Assembly (NCBI RefSeq): GCF_006345805.1
Contig: NC_043002.1
Span: 111,910,001-111,974,000, forward strand
From: Octopus sinensis
Taxonomy: Eukaryota
Direction: 5' to 3'
Length of the DNA: 64,000 nucleotides
The first letter of the stretch is position 1, and every line of letters begins with the position of its first letter. Of this stretch, positions 40,011 to 52,876 are shown one piece after another. Below the pieces are notes generated by a model, which had not been told where the DNA came from, made no database searches, and worked only from the letters and a program-made list of their open reading frames with translations. The translations under genes were made by a program, and so were the position numbers.

Positions 40011-40166
40011 ATGAATACTGTTGTTGTTATTAAGACTTCTACTCACTATGTTTCCTTTTAGTACATGTTTACTATAAATATTTTGCGTTGTAATTAAGAA
40101 AGTATTCTGTTTTTATTTCTGCTTTGTTTACCTTTGTGTAAAACAAATTGCTTTATATATTTTTAG

Positions 40167-40221
40167 CTATCAGTTGGGAGGTGTGGCATGAAATACTCAT
40201 GACCATATATTATTTTTGTCG
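40167..40221 (+). CDS. Candidate exon (55 nt, phase 1 to 2): (A)ISWEVWHEILMTIYYFC(R)
   Basis: Acceptor tttatatattttttag; donor CG|GTGAGG; only this frame is open; sits in unique sequence. Confidence 0.35.
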
Positions 40222-40394
40222 GTGAGGTGAGAGGATTTTTTTTTAATCATCCCCTCTAAGAAACTGCAGAGGCAATATTTTTTTTTATTATTAAAAAAGA
40301 AACTTTTTCATCTATTAAAATTCTGCTTCGGACAGAAACCTGTAAACAATTCTTACTTCGACAGTAGTAAACTAAAATATTAATGAATATTCTT

Positions 40395-40875
40395 TCTATC
40401 ATAGGCATAACGCCAGAAATTTGGGGTAGTCGATTACATCCACTCTAGTGCTCAACTGGTACTAAATTTATCGACCTTGAAAGGATGAAAGGCAAAATCA
40501 ACCTCAGCAGAATAAATAATATTAATAACCTGCGGCCATGCTGGAGCACCGTCTTTAATCGAGCAAATCGACCCCGGGACTTATTCTTTGTAAGCCCAGT
40601 ACTTATTCTATCGGTCTCTTTTGCCGAACCGCTAAGTGACGGGGACGTAAACACACCAGCATCGGTTGTCAAACAATGCTAGGGGGACAAGATAGGCATA
40701 TGGCCTGAAATTTGGGGAAGGGAATATAGTCGATTGCATCGGTCCCAGTGCGTAACTGGTACTTATTTCATCGACTACGAAAAAATGAAAGGCAAAGTCA
40801 ACCTCGGCGGAGTTCGAACTCAGCATGTCGCAATGCATTTTGCCCGGTGTGCTAATGGTTCTGCCAGCTGGCTGC
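40395..40875 (-). mobile_element. Composite of SINE C fragment / SINE B 3' half (40530-40690) / SINE C
   Basis: Segments match the respective families. Confidence 0.8.
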
Positions 40876-41610
40876 CTTCTAATTTATGCGCAAGGCCAGC
40901 AATTTTGGTAGGATTTTGGTCGATTCAACGACACCTGGACTTTATTTTATAGACCTCGAACGGATGGAGGGTAAAGGTAACCGCAGCGTGGGCTCAGCCC
41001 GGAAATTTCGAGGTACAGTGTTAGACCCTAAATCTATAAGAAACAAGAAGGAATGGGGGGGGGGGAATATGTTGACGGCAACTCTTTACGTTTATTCCCA
41101 GCATTATTTATTACTGACAATATAAATAAACAAGACACTGCTTTCTTCACATGTTTTGATTCCAAATCCGCCCTCAACTTAAACTTTTATCTTATCTAAA
41201 TGATGTCTGAACTAGAGGGGAAACTTATAAGCCTATTACTCACTCTCTCCTTTCCTGTGCATCGCTATATTCTTCACTCTCTCTCTCTCTCTCTCTCTGT
41301 ATTTCCCTAACTGTTTTATGTTCTATATATATATACATATGTGTGTGTGTACGTACACACACACACACGCACACACACACACACACACACACCACACACA
41401 CACACACACACAACACACACATATATATATATTATATGCAAATTGAGATAGGGGTTGTAAATGCAACCCTCCATGGGATAACATATATCCAATCTACCGC
41501 TAGTGAAGTACCCAACAAAGTTAATACATAAATGTTAATGATTGGGATGCAATCAATTCATTTACTGTATTATATGGGCAAAGGTAAAATGTTTTACCAC
41601 AAATTCATAA

Positions 41611-41930
41611 TACAAAATAAGAAAATGGAGAAATACATCTAAATCAAATATCAATTACCAGATAATACCCAATCACATACTTTATTAAACCACCACATAA
41701 GAGACTGTAGGGTTAAACATAAAAAGCAGAACAAATCAGTGTACATAAAGGAATGTACATAAGAAAGTGTACATAAAAAAGTAATGTTTCCTTTATGTAC
41801 AATGATTTGTTGTGCTTTTTATGTTTAACCCTACAGTCTCTTATGTGGTGGTTTAATAAAGTATGTGATTGGGTATTATCTGGTAATTGATATTTGATTT
41901 AGATGTATTTCTCCATTTTCTTATCTTGTA
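41611..41930. mobile_element. Foldback MITE with 143-bp arms, TA-flanked
   Basis: 41611-41753 versus 41788-41930, about 140/143 complementary; 34-bp spacer with tgtacataa repeats. Confidence 0.9.
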
Positions 41931-42397
41931 TATATATATATATACAAGATATGTGAGTATGTATGTATATATGTATGTATAGCCACTTTCTTTTTCATAC
42001 ATTTCTCTCTCCCCTTTCACAGCTTTCAATCGCTTTCTATTTCTCTTCGTCAAGTCTCTCTAACTAAATATTTCTCACTCCTCCCACTATATATTTACAT
42101 ATTTTTCAAACCATTTCTTTAACTTCTCTCTCTCTCTTTTGTCTACATTATTTGTATTTAAGTATATTCCCCGCTCCTTCTAGCTCTCTAAATATGTTTC
42201 TATCTATCCACATGCACCCCTGGGCACAAAAGGTAGAGCTGAATTTGCCGCTTGAATTCAAAGCGCTAGAAAATTCCGGTGTTCTGTCTACCACTCTTAC
42301 GACACTGCTAATTCGCCATATTGTGTCTTTGTTAAAATAAAACAAAAACTATAAATATCTCTTCCTTCTCTTTACTGTGTCTTGCCCTTTTTCTCCC

Positions 42398-42500
<103 letters not shown>

Positions 42501-43039
42501 CTATCAACATCTTGAAACTAATATGGTCTTCCATTCCTATTTCTTTCTATAGGAATTACATACATTAAGCCATGTTTTCAACTGTCAATCAGAATTATAT
42601 TTGCTATACACACGCGTTCTCGAAATTACAACCAAGTTTTCTATCTGCCCACTGTACGGGTCTTATTTCAACTTCAAGTAACCGTGGGTGGTAGCTACAC
42701 CATCAATTACATCAATTAAAGAAACCTTATACTCTTACAGCATTAATACACCCAGTATTGTTATCTTTCAGTGGAATTTCCTACGAACAAAACGAAGACC
42801 TTCCATGACTTAAAAATGCAGCCTCTTCCGTTATTATATTTCACAAATTCTTTCTTGTTTCTTCATCCAGATTCTGTTCCTGCTTCAACCTGTTATATTG
42901 TCAATGATGTTTACACTAACTACTAGACATATTTGCAGTTTCGATCCCATTCGACACACAGTCCCTCGAGTTTGATAGTGCAATGTCCCTTGAATTTGAC
43001 TTAAATACTTATTGAGAAGTATTCCCTATAACTCATTAT

Positions 43040-43345
43040 CACATGATCACATGACCGACCAGACCATCAGATGTTGCTACACATCACTGGTCACAATGCG
43101 TTTCGCATTGCTTTAGCCTTCGAATAACGCGACCCCGCTGGCTAAGCGAGCAGGCCAACAGAAGAAAGAGTGAGAGAAAGAGTGGTGGAAGAGTACAGCA
43201 GGGATCACCACCCCCTGCCGGAGCCTCGTGGAGCTTTAAGGCGTTTTCGCTCAATAAACACACACAACGCCCGGTCTGGGAATCGAAACCGCGATCCTAC
43301 GACCGCGAGTTCGCTGCCCTAGCCACTAGGCCATTGCGCCTCCAC
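43040..43345 (-). mobile_element. SINE family A head/body with alternative tail (type 2)
   Basis: Tail ends ...tggtcggtcatgtgatcatgtg; TSD ataactcattat (43028-43039) / ataaatcattat (43346-43357). Confidence 0.9.
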
Positions 43346-43554
43346 ATAAATCATTATATCAATGCAAATTCAACTTTTATTCCTCGCACACCTTTGATAT
43401 CATTGCTTCACGAATGGCAACAACGAAGGCAGCCAGAAGTTATTGTCCAAAACTGTTAAGGGAGGGCTGTGTTTACAGTACTTCTTAGAAATTGGTTTAA
43501 TTTGTCCATTCTTGTAAACTTTGTACCCTGATTTTATTACATAATTATGCATTT

Positions 43555-43601
<47 letters not shown>

Positions 43602-43619
43602 ATCCAAACAAGAAAACAC

Positions 43620-44190
43620 AAAAGCAAAAAAAAAACACAACGCGAGGACGTGGAACAAATAAAGTATTATTGGACGCTCAGGAAAGAAGGGAAGAAGGAG
43701 GGATTAACGTTTCGAGCGGAGCTCTTCGTCGGAAACATAGGAGAAGGAAAGATCCAGAGAAGGGAAGACGGAGGAATAAAATCGCCAACAGTACTCACGA
43801 GGTCACAGATTTCAAAAGAACGAGTAGTTTTGTAAATCTTTTCTTCGTCTTTCCGAAAGAGGTGACAGTAAGTAATATTGTTCCCATGAGACATGTTCTT
43901 GCTATGCGGGAGGACAGAAACAAACATCGTAGCAGAACTCACGGTTTCGTTGGAGTACAGACTTGACATTACTCACCAACTGAGGAAACCGAAATACCAG
44001 GGTTTCGTAGATGAGGTTCTGGCGAAAGACGTTTTGCAATCCGATTCCTTATTGAGATCGGTCGTTGTGGTTTCTCAGCGAGATCAATTCACTGTTTCCT
44101 GCAGAAGATTGGTTTGAAACCCAAGTAATTGAAGAAAGCCACCAACAAGATAGTCATGACAGTTGAGACCAGCTCAAGCTGGTTATGGTT
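43620..44190 (-). mobile_element. Probable Penelope-like element fragment
   Basis: Carries a hammerhead-like motif near its 3' part; GC-richer than the flanks; boundaries approximate; no GIY-YIG or RT motif recognised. Confidence 0.4.
43700..43740 (-). ncRNA. Second-family minimal hammerhead-like motif
   Basis: Minus strand: tgttt CCGACGA a GAGC-tcc-GCTC GAAAC GTT aatccc; palindromic stem III (ACGT); stem I imperfect. Confidence 0.4.
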
Positions 44191-44210
44191 GACAAGACAC
44201 CCTAGATAGA

Positions 44211-44443
44211 TATTACTTTACTACCCACAAGGGGCTAAACACAGAGGGGACAAACAAGAACAGACAAACGGATTAAGTCGATTACATCGACCCCAGTGCG
44301 TAACTGGTACTTAACTTATCGATCCCGAAAGGATGAAAGGCAAAGTTGACCTCGGCGGAATTTGAACTCAGAACGTAACGGCAGACGAAAAACGGCTACG
44401 CATTTCGCCCGGCGTGCTAATGTTTCTGCCAGCTCGCCGCCCT
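44211..44443 (-). mobile_element. SINE family C (tail i)
   Basis: TSD aagacaccctagataga at 44194-44210 and 44447-44463. Confidence 0.95.
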
Positions 44444-44677
44444 TTTAAGACACCCTAGATAGAACCCTTTCACAAGCGAAGGCTAATTCATACCTCTCTG
44501 CCCGCTCGGGCCAAGGGTACACGCTAAGAGACAAAACGCTTGTGACTCTAAAATCCCAACATTGCGATAGCTTTAGTCACTAGCTTTACGTAGCTTTTGC
44601 AGTTTTTGCGCGATACAAAATATATATGATGATTATTTCATTACATAACACTTTTATGTTAGCTAATAATACAGAGG

Positions 44678-45078
44678 GTGGAGGCGCAATGGCCCAGTGG
44701 TTAGGGCAGCGGACTCGCGGTCGTAGGATCGCGGTTTCGATTTCCAGACCGGGCGCTGTGAGTGTTTATTGAACGTAAACACCTAAAAAAGCTCCACGAG
44801 GCTCCGCCAGGGGATGGTGGTGATCCCTGCTGTACTCTTTCACCACAACTTTCTCTCACTCTTACTTCCTGTTTCTGTTGTACCTGTTTCTGTTGTACCT
44901 GTTTTTCAAAGGGCTGGCCTTGTCACTCTCAGTGTCACGCTGAATATCCCCGAGAACTACGTTAAGGGTGCACGTGTCTGTGGAGTGCTCAGCCACTTAC
45001 ACGTTAATTTCACGAGCAGGCTGTTCCGTTGATCGGATCAACCGGAACCCTCGTCGTCGTAACCGACGGAGTGCTTCC
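44678..45078 (+). mobile_element. SINE family A with an internal 15-bp tandem duplication
   Basis: TSD aatacagagg at 44668-44677 and 45082-45091. Confidence 0.95.
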
Positions 45079-45380
45079 ACCAATACAGAGGATCTTGAGG
45101 AGCAAATCAAGCCAAAAAATAAAACAAATAATTTTCTGAATTCAGATTGGAGGGTTTGGATTCTAGATACAGCTGCTACGTCTAAATGTCATAGTACCTG
45201 CAGGGAAAGAATGCGACACTTCTGGTTAGGTTATAATTTTGTCAGACTCTCAATGGATCGGGGGAAAAAAAGCTTTGGAAACAGTCGCCTGCATTCTTCG
45301 GAAAATGTTACATGGAAATGACTGTGATCATATTCGGTATAACAAGAAAAAAATATATACAATTAGTATACAATTAGTAT

Positions 45381-45575
45381 AGGCGCAGGAGTGGCTGTGT
45401 GGTAAGTAGCTTGCTAACCAACCACATGGTTCCGGGTTCAGTCCCACTGCGTGGCATCTTGGGCAAGTATCTTCTGCTATAGCCTCGGGCCGACCAATGC
45501 CTTGTGAGTGGATTTAGTAGACGGAAACTGAAAGAAGCCTGTCGTATATATATATATATATATATAATATATATA

Positions 45576-45669
<94 letters not shown>

Positions 45670-45903
45670 GCGTGTGTGTTTGTGTGTCTGTGTTTGTCCC
45701 CCTAGTATAGCTTGACAACCGATGCTGGTGTGTTTACGTCCCCGTCACTTAGCGGTTCGGCAAAAGAGACCGATAGAATAAGTACTGGGCTTACAAAAGA
45801 ATAAGTCCCGGGGTCGATTTGCTCGACTAAAGGCGGTGCTCCAGCATGGCCGCAGTCATATGACTGAAACAAGTAAAAGAGTAAAAGAGAGAGAGTAAAG
45901 AGA
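45381..45903 (+). mobile_element. SINE family B with a very long internal (TA)n
   Basis: Full length. Confidence 0.95.
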
Positions 45904-46462
45904 ATACCTGTTTTGGCAAAATGATGGTATTTTAAACTTGTAAGCTGAAACTAGAACTTGATAAATGCATTGACACATTATACATTTTATATATTTGATA
46001 TATACTTGTTACAACATATATATTGCCAGGTTATGTTCTGATCAAAGTTCATTTACCAAAAGCAGCACACCCTTCCAACGATCGATGTAGCATTCCGTAC
46101 ACATATATCATTATGACATGTCCTACATACGGGGAAGCACAGATTAATTCCTACGGTTAATATAAACGTGTTTCTTCATATTCAAGCTTTCATAGACATA
46201 TTTTCAATTCACAAATGTAATATACATTTCAAACATGTAGTCAGCGTGGAATAAGGTTTAGGTATAACAGATTGTTTTACAAAAGACATCACATTTAACT
46301 CGTAGTAAGAATGAGACTCTGGGCCTAACAACAGAATGTGCTGAGAAGAGCGGAATTCTCTAATCTGTGTCTCATGATTGGACTAGCTTTTCCAAACATA
46401 CAAGAGGCTTCAACCGAACACTGCAAACTAAAAGACCTCTTTTCAAAGTACCTCTTTTACAG

Positions 46463-46558
46463 TGTTGCTGCTACATACAAGTCAAATGATTACTACCGGC
46501 AGTATCTATTACAGCTTTCGCAACTACTAGTGACAAAATACGAAGCACCAATTCTTTG
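46463..46558 (+). CDS. Candidate exon (96 nt, phase 2 to 2): VAATYKSNDYYRQYLLQLSQLLVTKYEAPIL
   Basis: Acceptor cctcttttacag; donor TG|GTTAGT; lies within ORF 46338..46601; the other two frames have stops. Confidence 0.35.
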
Positions 46559-47813
46559 GTTAGTTTCCCGGTCTTCTATTGACAGTCCATGCTCCAAATA
46601 ACGTATTTGTTACAATACTACGTTTACTTTTTCAAGTCAATCATGTTGAAAAGGGAGAGTTATGAGATAAGGAATGTTAGCTTAAGTATATCTATCGAGA
46701 TATTAAACTGCATTGCAGCTTGATATAACTGGAATTGCTCCTCACCAACCGTTCCCATCGCTATCAATTGTCTTTTCTCAAAGGGCTATTGTTTTATTGG
46801 AAGAGAGTATAGATGGATAAATACATTCCATTATATATATTAACTCTTTGTTTCTCATGGCTAAGAGAGAATTCGGCGCTGAAAGCATAAAGTTGTAACT
46901 AAGTATTCATTTCATTTCTAACACAGAAAACATCACTACACATTTTGAGTGGAAGGTATAGTAGATCATATCATCTCAGGTACTTGACTGGTACTTACAA
47001 TCCAGAAGGACTACAGTCAAAAATGACCTCAATGAATTTGAATTCAGAACGTGAAGGTTTGGAACTAAATATATTCCGGCATTTACACGGATCTTCTAAT
47101 ATTTCTACCAGCTCACCACCAATAGAAATCTATTATTCTTATTGTAGTTCATAATGAAGATTGACAGACATAATGTCTCTGTGTTAAATATTGTAGTTTG
47201 ACTACATTTTGCAGAAAAACACGCTGTAATAAAGCTTTTAATCGGCAAGGTTCTATGTCGTGTATTTGCTGCCTAGTTACAAAAACATCTAAAATATGCC
47301 ATCACTTTTATTTATTATTTATTTACTTTAATATACTCTGTTCATTAATACAAATTTTGGTCGACAAGTTAGAAGTGGGAGCAACATATCATCTGAACAG
47401 TTCCCATTTCAGAAATGTGTCGCCACAAGAATTACCATGATCCCTGACAAAAGTATTTGACGGTCAATAAACTAGTCTGCTTCTGCCCAGATGTAAATAA
47501 ATTAACTCACAAGTCCAGAAAGAAGCATCAACCCTGTTGCTCGTCCTGGTAGAAACAGCAGACAAATCTTTCTAAAATCACACTCCACCGTTTCAGAAAA
47601 GAGTACATTGGACAATATGGCTCTGGGTTCCATGCACAAAAGAGGTTGGATGGTCTTAGCTGGAATTTCTTTTATCCTTCTTAAATCAGAGATGACTTGG
47701 ACCTAAACAACAACTTGTGAAAACTGCTTTCAACTTATATCTTATCGTTTGGTTCACCTTATTAAATAATATTTATTAGTGAAAGAGGTAGTATTAATAC
47801 CAAGAGCTAATAT

Positions 47814-47944
47814 TTATCCCTCCTTAAACGCGAATGTTCTTTTAGAACAAACTATACTGCGGTAGTTACCATGAGAGAAACTCTCATGGTAACTACCGCA
47901 GTATAGTTTGTTCTAAAAGAACATCCACGTTTAAGGTGGGATAA
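47814..47944. repeat. Near-perfect 64-bp-arm hairpin with a 3-nt loop
   Basis: Inner 44 bp (47834-47877 / 47881-47924) perfect; 61/64 overall. Confidence 0.95.
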
Positions 47945-48555
47945 GTTATTAAATAGTCAAATTTGGGTATCTTCATGTATTTTATGTTCTTTAGTTTGGG
48001 TTTTTTTGGGTGTATTTTTGTCTTTTTCACCAAAAATATGTAAGCTTTTTTAGGCAGCTACTCGTCAGAATCATAAGGAGGCTTCGGGAGAAATACTAAA
48101 TGGTTTTTGATCCTGTTCCCAGTGTTTTGAATTCAAATATTGCTAATGTCTTATTTTGCTTTCATTCTTTCAGGGTCTGTAAGTAAAGTAAAAGTTGAGA
48201 GCAAAAGGAAGGGCACAAACTTGAAATATCAAAAACAAACTTTTCTCTTACACGTTCCTTCACTTGCAGTAATGACAAAATTAATTTTAGAAAAATATAC
48301 AAATTGTATAATGGGGTAATCTGTTATTTTTGCTTGATATTTGTAACATGATTGTTTCTAGATTTTGCTGTTTATTTTAGTATTATTTTAGTATTATTAT
48401 TCTAAAACCTCAAACCATTTCTTAGTTTTTTAAGGCTCCTACCCAGCCAGAAATCTGCCTATCGCATAATTAGAGAAAACAAGGGAGTGTTGTCAATCTG
48501 CTGGCTTTGTTGAGGTATTCAAATCCTTATATATATACACACACACACACACATA

Positions 48556-48637
<82 letters not shown>

Positions 48638-48780
48638 TTTCATCGCTTTTTACTAACATTTCCTTGTCATAACTTTCTGTAAAAAATTGAATTAAGAAAA
48701 AGTCAACTGAAATAAGTTTACTTTTCTTGTGCCATAAACAGTTTTAGTTTCTTACAAACTGATGAAATAACAGCGTGTAT

Positions 48781-48821
<41 letters not shown>

Positions 48822-48871
48822 TTCATATATATATATATATATACTTTATTTAAAGCAGCAGAAAATTCAAC

Positions 48872-48919
48872 AAAACCTGTTACTCTGAGTTTCCCCTTGC
48901 CGTTCATCGGACACTTTTT
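48872..48919 (-). ncRNA. Hammerhead motif, left arm (1-2 mutations)
   Basis: Reverse complement tgtCCGATGAacggcaaggGGAAACTCAGAGTAacaggtttt. Confidence 0.5.
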
Positions 48920-48925
48920 GCTAGC

Positions 48926-48972
48926 AAAACTGTCCGATGAACGGCAACGGGAAACTCAGAGTAACAGGTTTT
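48926..48972 (+). ncRNA. Minimal type I hammerhead ribozyme motif, right arm
   Basis: Stem I 48926-48933 / 48964-48972; core CCGATGA 48934-48940; stem II aCG-GCAA-CGg; GAAA 48951-48954; stem III actc-a-gagt; predicted cut after GTA at 48963. Confidence 0.65.
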
Positions 48973-49313
48973 GTTGAATTTTCTGCTGCTTTAAATAAAG
49001 CATATTACTCTACTACTGGTATTTGAGTACTCTTTCTTCCACCTTGTTTCACATTTATGTGTTTACTCCGGTATATATATATATATATATATACATTCAT
49101 GTATGTATGTATGTATTTGGATGGTTAACTTTGTATTTTTTGTTAAGTTTGTAGAACCCAGCATGAAATAAATGGTTCGTGAATTTTAGTCACAGTGTAC
49201 ATATTTCCAATGTCTGTGTATTTATGTTTTATAAGCATATTAAAGGAGGTTAACAACCCAAAGATTCGTTCTGTCTGTACGTATTTGTCGGCATTCAAAA
49301 CAATGGATGGGAA

Positions 49314-49697
49314 TGGAAGCACTCCGTCGGTTACAACGAAGAGGGTTCCGGTTGATCCGAATCAAAGGAACAGCCTGCTCGTGAAATTAACGTGTAAGTG
49401 GCTGAGCACTCCACAGACATGTGCACCCTTAACGTAGTTCTCGGGGATATTCAGCGTGACACAGAGAGTGACAAGGCCGGCCCTTTGAAATACAGGTACA
49501 ACAGAAACAGGAAGTAAGAGTGAGAGAAAGTTGTGGTGAAAGAGTACAGCAGGGATCACCACCATCCCTGCCGGAGCCTCGTGGAGCTTTAGGTGTTTTC
49601 GCTCAATAAACACTCACAACGCCCGGTCTGGGAATCGAAACCGCGATCCTACGACCGCGAGTCCGCTGTCCTAACCACTGGGCCATTGCGTCTCCAC
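49314..49697 (-). mobile_element. SINE family A
   Basis: TSD attcaaaacaat at 49293-49304 and 49698-49709; (TTCCA)-like tail. Confidence 0.95.
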
Positions 49698-49819
49698 ATT
49701 CAAAACAATATAGGCATATATGTTAGATTTATTATCCGAACGTTAAATGCAGTATTATTCCCTTGACAGATATTCATCACTATGTAGCTAATCTTTTTCT
49801 TTTCGGAATCAGTATTAAA

Positions 49820-50060
49820 TATAAATATCTGTATCGGGGTGGTGGGGGTAAGTGTATCTTTGTCTGTGTTTGTGCCACACCACCGTTGGACAACTGGTGT
49901 TGGTTTGTTTATGTCACTGTAATAGCGGTTAGACAAAGGAGTACCAGGCTTTTAAGAAAAAGCACTGGGGTAGATTCATTCGACTAAAAATAATTCGCCA
50001 AGGCGGTGCCCCTGCATAGCCGCAGTCTGTTGGCTGAAGCAAGTAAAATATAAAAGATAA
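49820..50060 (+). mobile_element. Old SINE B-like 3' half
   Basis: ttggacaactggtgttggtttgtttatg...ggcggtgcccctgcatagccgcag. Confidence 0.6.
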
Positions 50061-50098
50061 AATGTATAAATATATATATATGTAGTGTGTGTGTGTGT

Positions 50099-50147
<49 letters not shown>

Positions 50148-50522
50148 AGATTTAAGCAGCCATACCTCTGTGGGTAAAGTATTCGCTTTGGAAGAACGTG
50201 GTTTCCGTTACGATCCCACACCGCCTTGGGTTCTTCTACAATAGCCTTGAATTGACCCTATGAGTGAATCTAGTAGACAGAAGCTGTATGTAATCCTTTC
50301 GGATGAACCATTCGAGTTCTCAGTATACTCAATCTGAGGTCTGGTTTAATACTACCACTTTGTCCTTGCAAGCATTTTACGAAATCCGCTATTTGCAAGC
50401 ATGTTAGTCAGTTCTTTGGAAAGGATGACTTTCTCCCATCTTCCAGTCAGTCTCCAAGTCTCTGAATTACCTATTGATCTACCAAAGATTTATGAAAAAT
50501 GTTACTGATATATTCACAAATA

Positions 50523-50572
<50 letters not shown>

Positions 50573-50979
50573 AATATCTTGTAAATTTATTTTTAGTTAT
50601 TATGCAATGCTAAAGACCTGAAAAACTGAAAAACTAAAATCATGTATGTTTGGGTATGATCCATAGTTCTTATGTCATACAATGTTAAATGGCGGTATCA
50701 TTAGATGGACTTCCTAAATATGAAGCTATTCTTTTACTATCTCAAATATTATATATGATCCACGGTGAAAATTGAAGCTGCACTTCAAAATTACTTAATA
50801 AAAATTACCTTTTATGCCGATCAGGGATCTTTTCCTCTTGATGGACGGAATTTTCTAGCTAACTAAACAATTTGAAACTTCGTATACTGGTAGAATGTGT
50901 CAAAAAAAAAACATTATTGTAAACAAAATTGAAAACAAAATTGTAATTTGTAAGTTTAACGTAGTTTAATTCAAAGAAT

Positions 50980-51069
50980 TTTAACCAATGAAATCCCAGC
51001 ATCTTCGAATTTTAACCAATGAAATCTCAGCATTTGAGCTCAAATCATTTGCTGCGTTATCTATATTGA
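50980..51069 (-). repeat. 31-bp tandem duplication with CCAAT motifs; possible Helitron-like 5' end (A|TC at 51070/51069)
   Basis: ttttaaccaatgaaatc(c/t)cagcat twice; no matching 3' end found. Confidence 0.4.
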
Positions 51070-51153
51070 TAAAGAAACATAGCAGACGCATGCCGCATAC
51101 ACACACACATACATATTCAGATACATACACACGTACACTTGCACACACACACA

Positions 51154-51211
<58 letters not shown>

Positions 51212-52477
51212 CACATGCATATACATTTGCACAAGCACATAGTAATTAATATATAAGCGTACACACACATACAAACGGAGATATACATACACACACATAC
51301 GCACACAAGCATACATACACGTTCGTGAGTTGCCCCTTGTGTCCATCAAAAGGAAAAGATCCCCGATCAGTATTGTATCATGCGTCTGCTGTTTATCCCA
51401 GGACTGTCTTAAATTAGCAAATCCTACGTATCTCTTTCATCATTACTACGTTCTTTATTAAGTATGGTTCGGACTCCATTATCCTACGTGGCCTTCCTTT
51501 TTTTTAAGATGGTAACATACAATTCTAGGATGATTTTGTTGCCTTTTTGTAGTGGGTCGAATCATCACGTAAGAGGCTCTAGTGTTTGAGATTACTGTTG
51601 TCATTCAGAAAGCAAGGTTACTTCTGAATGAAGCGAAACTGAATCAACTGCAAGACGTCTTCATAAACCATTCTGGTTCACACAAAATTACATACATAGA
51701 TCAAAGAATGCATATGCTTTATGTAGTTGCTGCTATTGTCGTTGTATTGTTGCTTAGTTTCCATGAGAGTCTGTCAGACTAATTACCAGAATGCGTCACC
51801 AAAGAACCTACAGTTAGGGAGCGGCCACCCGCCTTTAATATACAGATGCGTTACCGACAAATGTTCAGTAATAGTCTGCCGGTCCACTCCCAGCACCATT
51901 AGTGAATTGAAAACATGAGAATATCATATGAACTTACCCTAAAATTGTGCTGTAAAACGTAATCCTATGTCACAGATGACAATAACCTTGCTAACACTCT
52001 CTCCCCTTCTCCACCGTTGCACTTTTACTCCTAACCTTTTGAAATGGAAATTATATAGTCATCAGCGTTTCGAGAGAAAAACGCGTGAACTTTAACCTCA
52101 AAATCACACATTTTGGCGTTTTAAATTGGATATAGAGAAATTTCGTTGAAATGCTAAGACCCTGTATTTATTTATGTAAACTGTTGAGAGGTTAGTAGAG
52201 TTAGGAGTTTGTTACTTCCAAATTTACCCATTAATGTAGATGCGAGCGTGTTTACATTAGTATAATGAGTTGTCAGTTGAATATAGGCTGGATGTATTAA
52301 GGAAAGGTCGACTGATCACCTCTTTGGTACTGAGCTCTATTCATGACCTCACTCAGTTAACTCAAGCTAGCACAGTCATCCCCTTGGCAGTAAATCGATG
52401 TAGTTGATTATAACAATTTCAAATTTTGGTACAAGGCCAGCAATTTCGGGTAGGGGCTAAGTCGATTACTCAACTGG

Positions 52478-52876
52478 TGGATGGAATGGAATGGAAGCAC
52501 TCCGTCGGTTACGACGACGAGGGTTCCGGTTGATCCGATCAACGGAACAGCCTGCTCGTGAAATTAACGTGTAAGTGGCTGAGCACTCCACATACACGTG
52601 TACCCTTAACGTAGTTCTCGGGGATATTCAGCGTGACACAGAGAGTGACAAGGCCGGCCCTTTGAAATACAGGTACAACAGAAACAGGAAGTAAGAGTGA
52701 GAGAAAGTTGTGGTGAAAGAGTACAGCAGGGATCACCACCATCCCCTGCCGGAGCCTCGTGGAGCTTTTAGGTGTTTTCGCTCAATAAACACTCACAAAG
52801 CCCGGTCTGGGAATCGAAACCGCGATCCTATGACCACGAGTCCGCTGCCCTAACCACTGGGCCATTGCGCCTCCAC
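52478..52876 (-). mobile_element. SINE family A with a (TTCCA)n tail
   Basis: Full length; no clear TSD. Confidence 0.95.

Larger units (their letters stand above)
48844..49075. mobile_element. Penelope-like terminal repeat in inverted (palindromic) arrangement
   Basis: Arms 48844-48922 and 48923-49000 centred on gct|agc; the right arm continues into a unique tail ending in (TA)n; matches 2435-2514. Confidence 0.75.

Noticed and set aside
51582-51918. ORFs 51582..51782 and 51727..51918 as exons
   Set aside because: Several alternative weak splice sites and no recognisable motif; cannot be supported.
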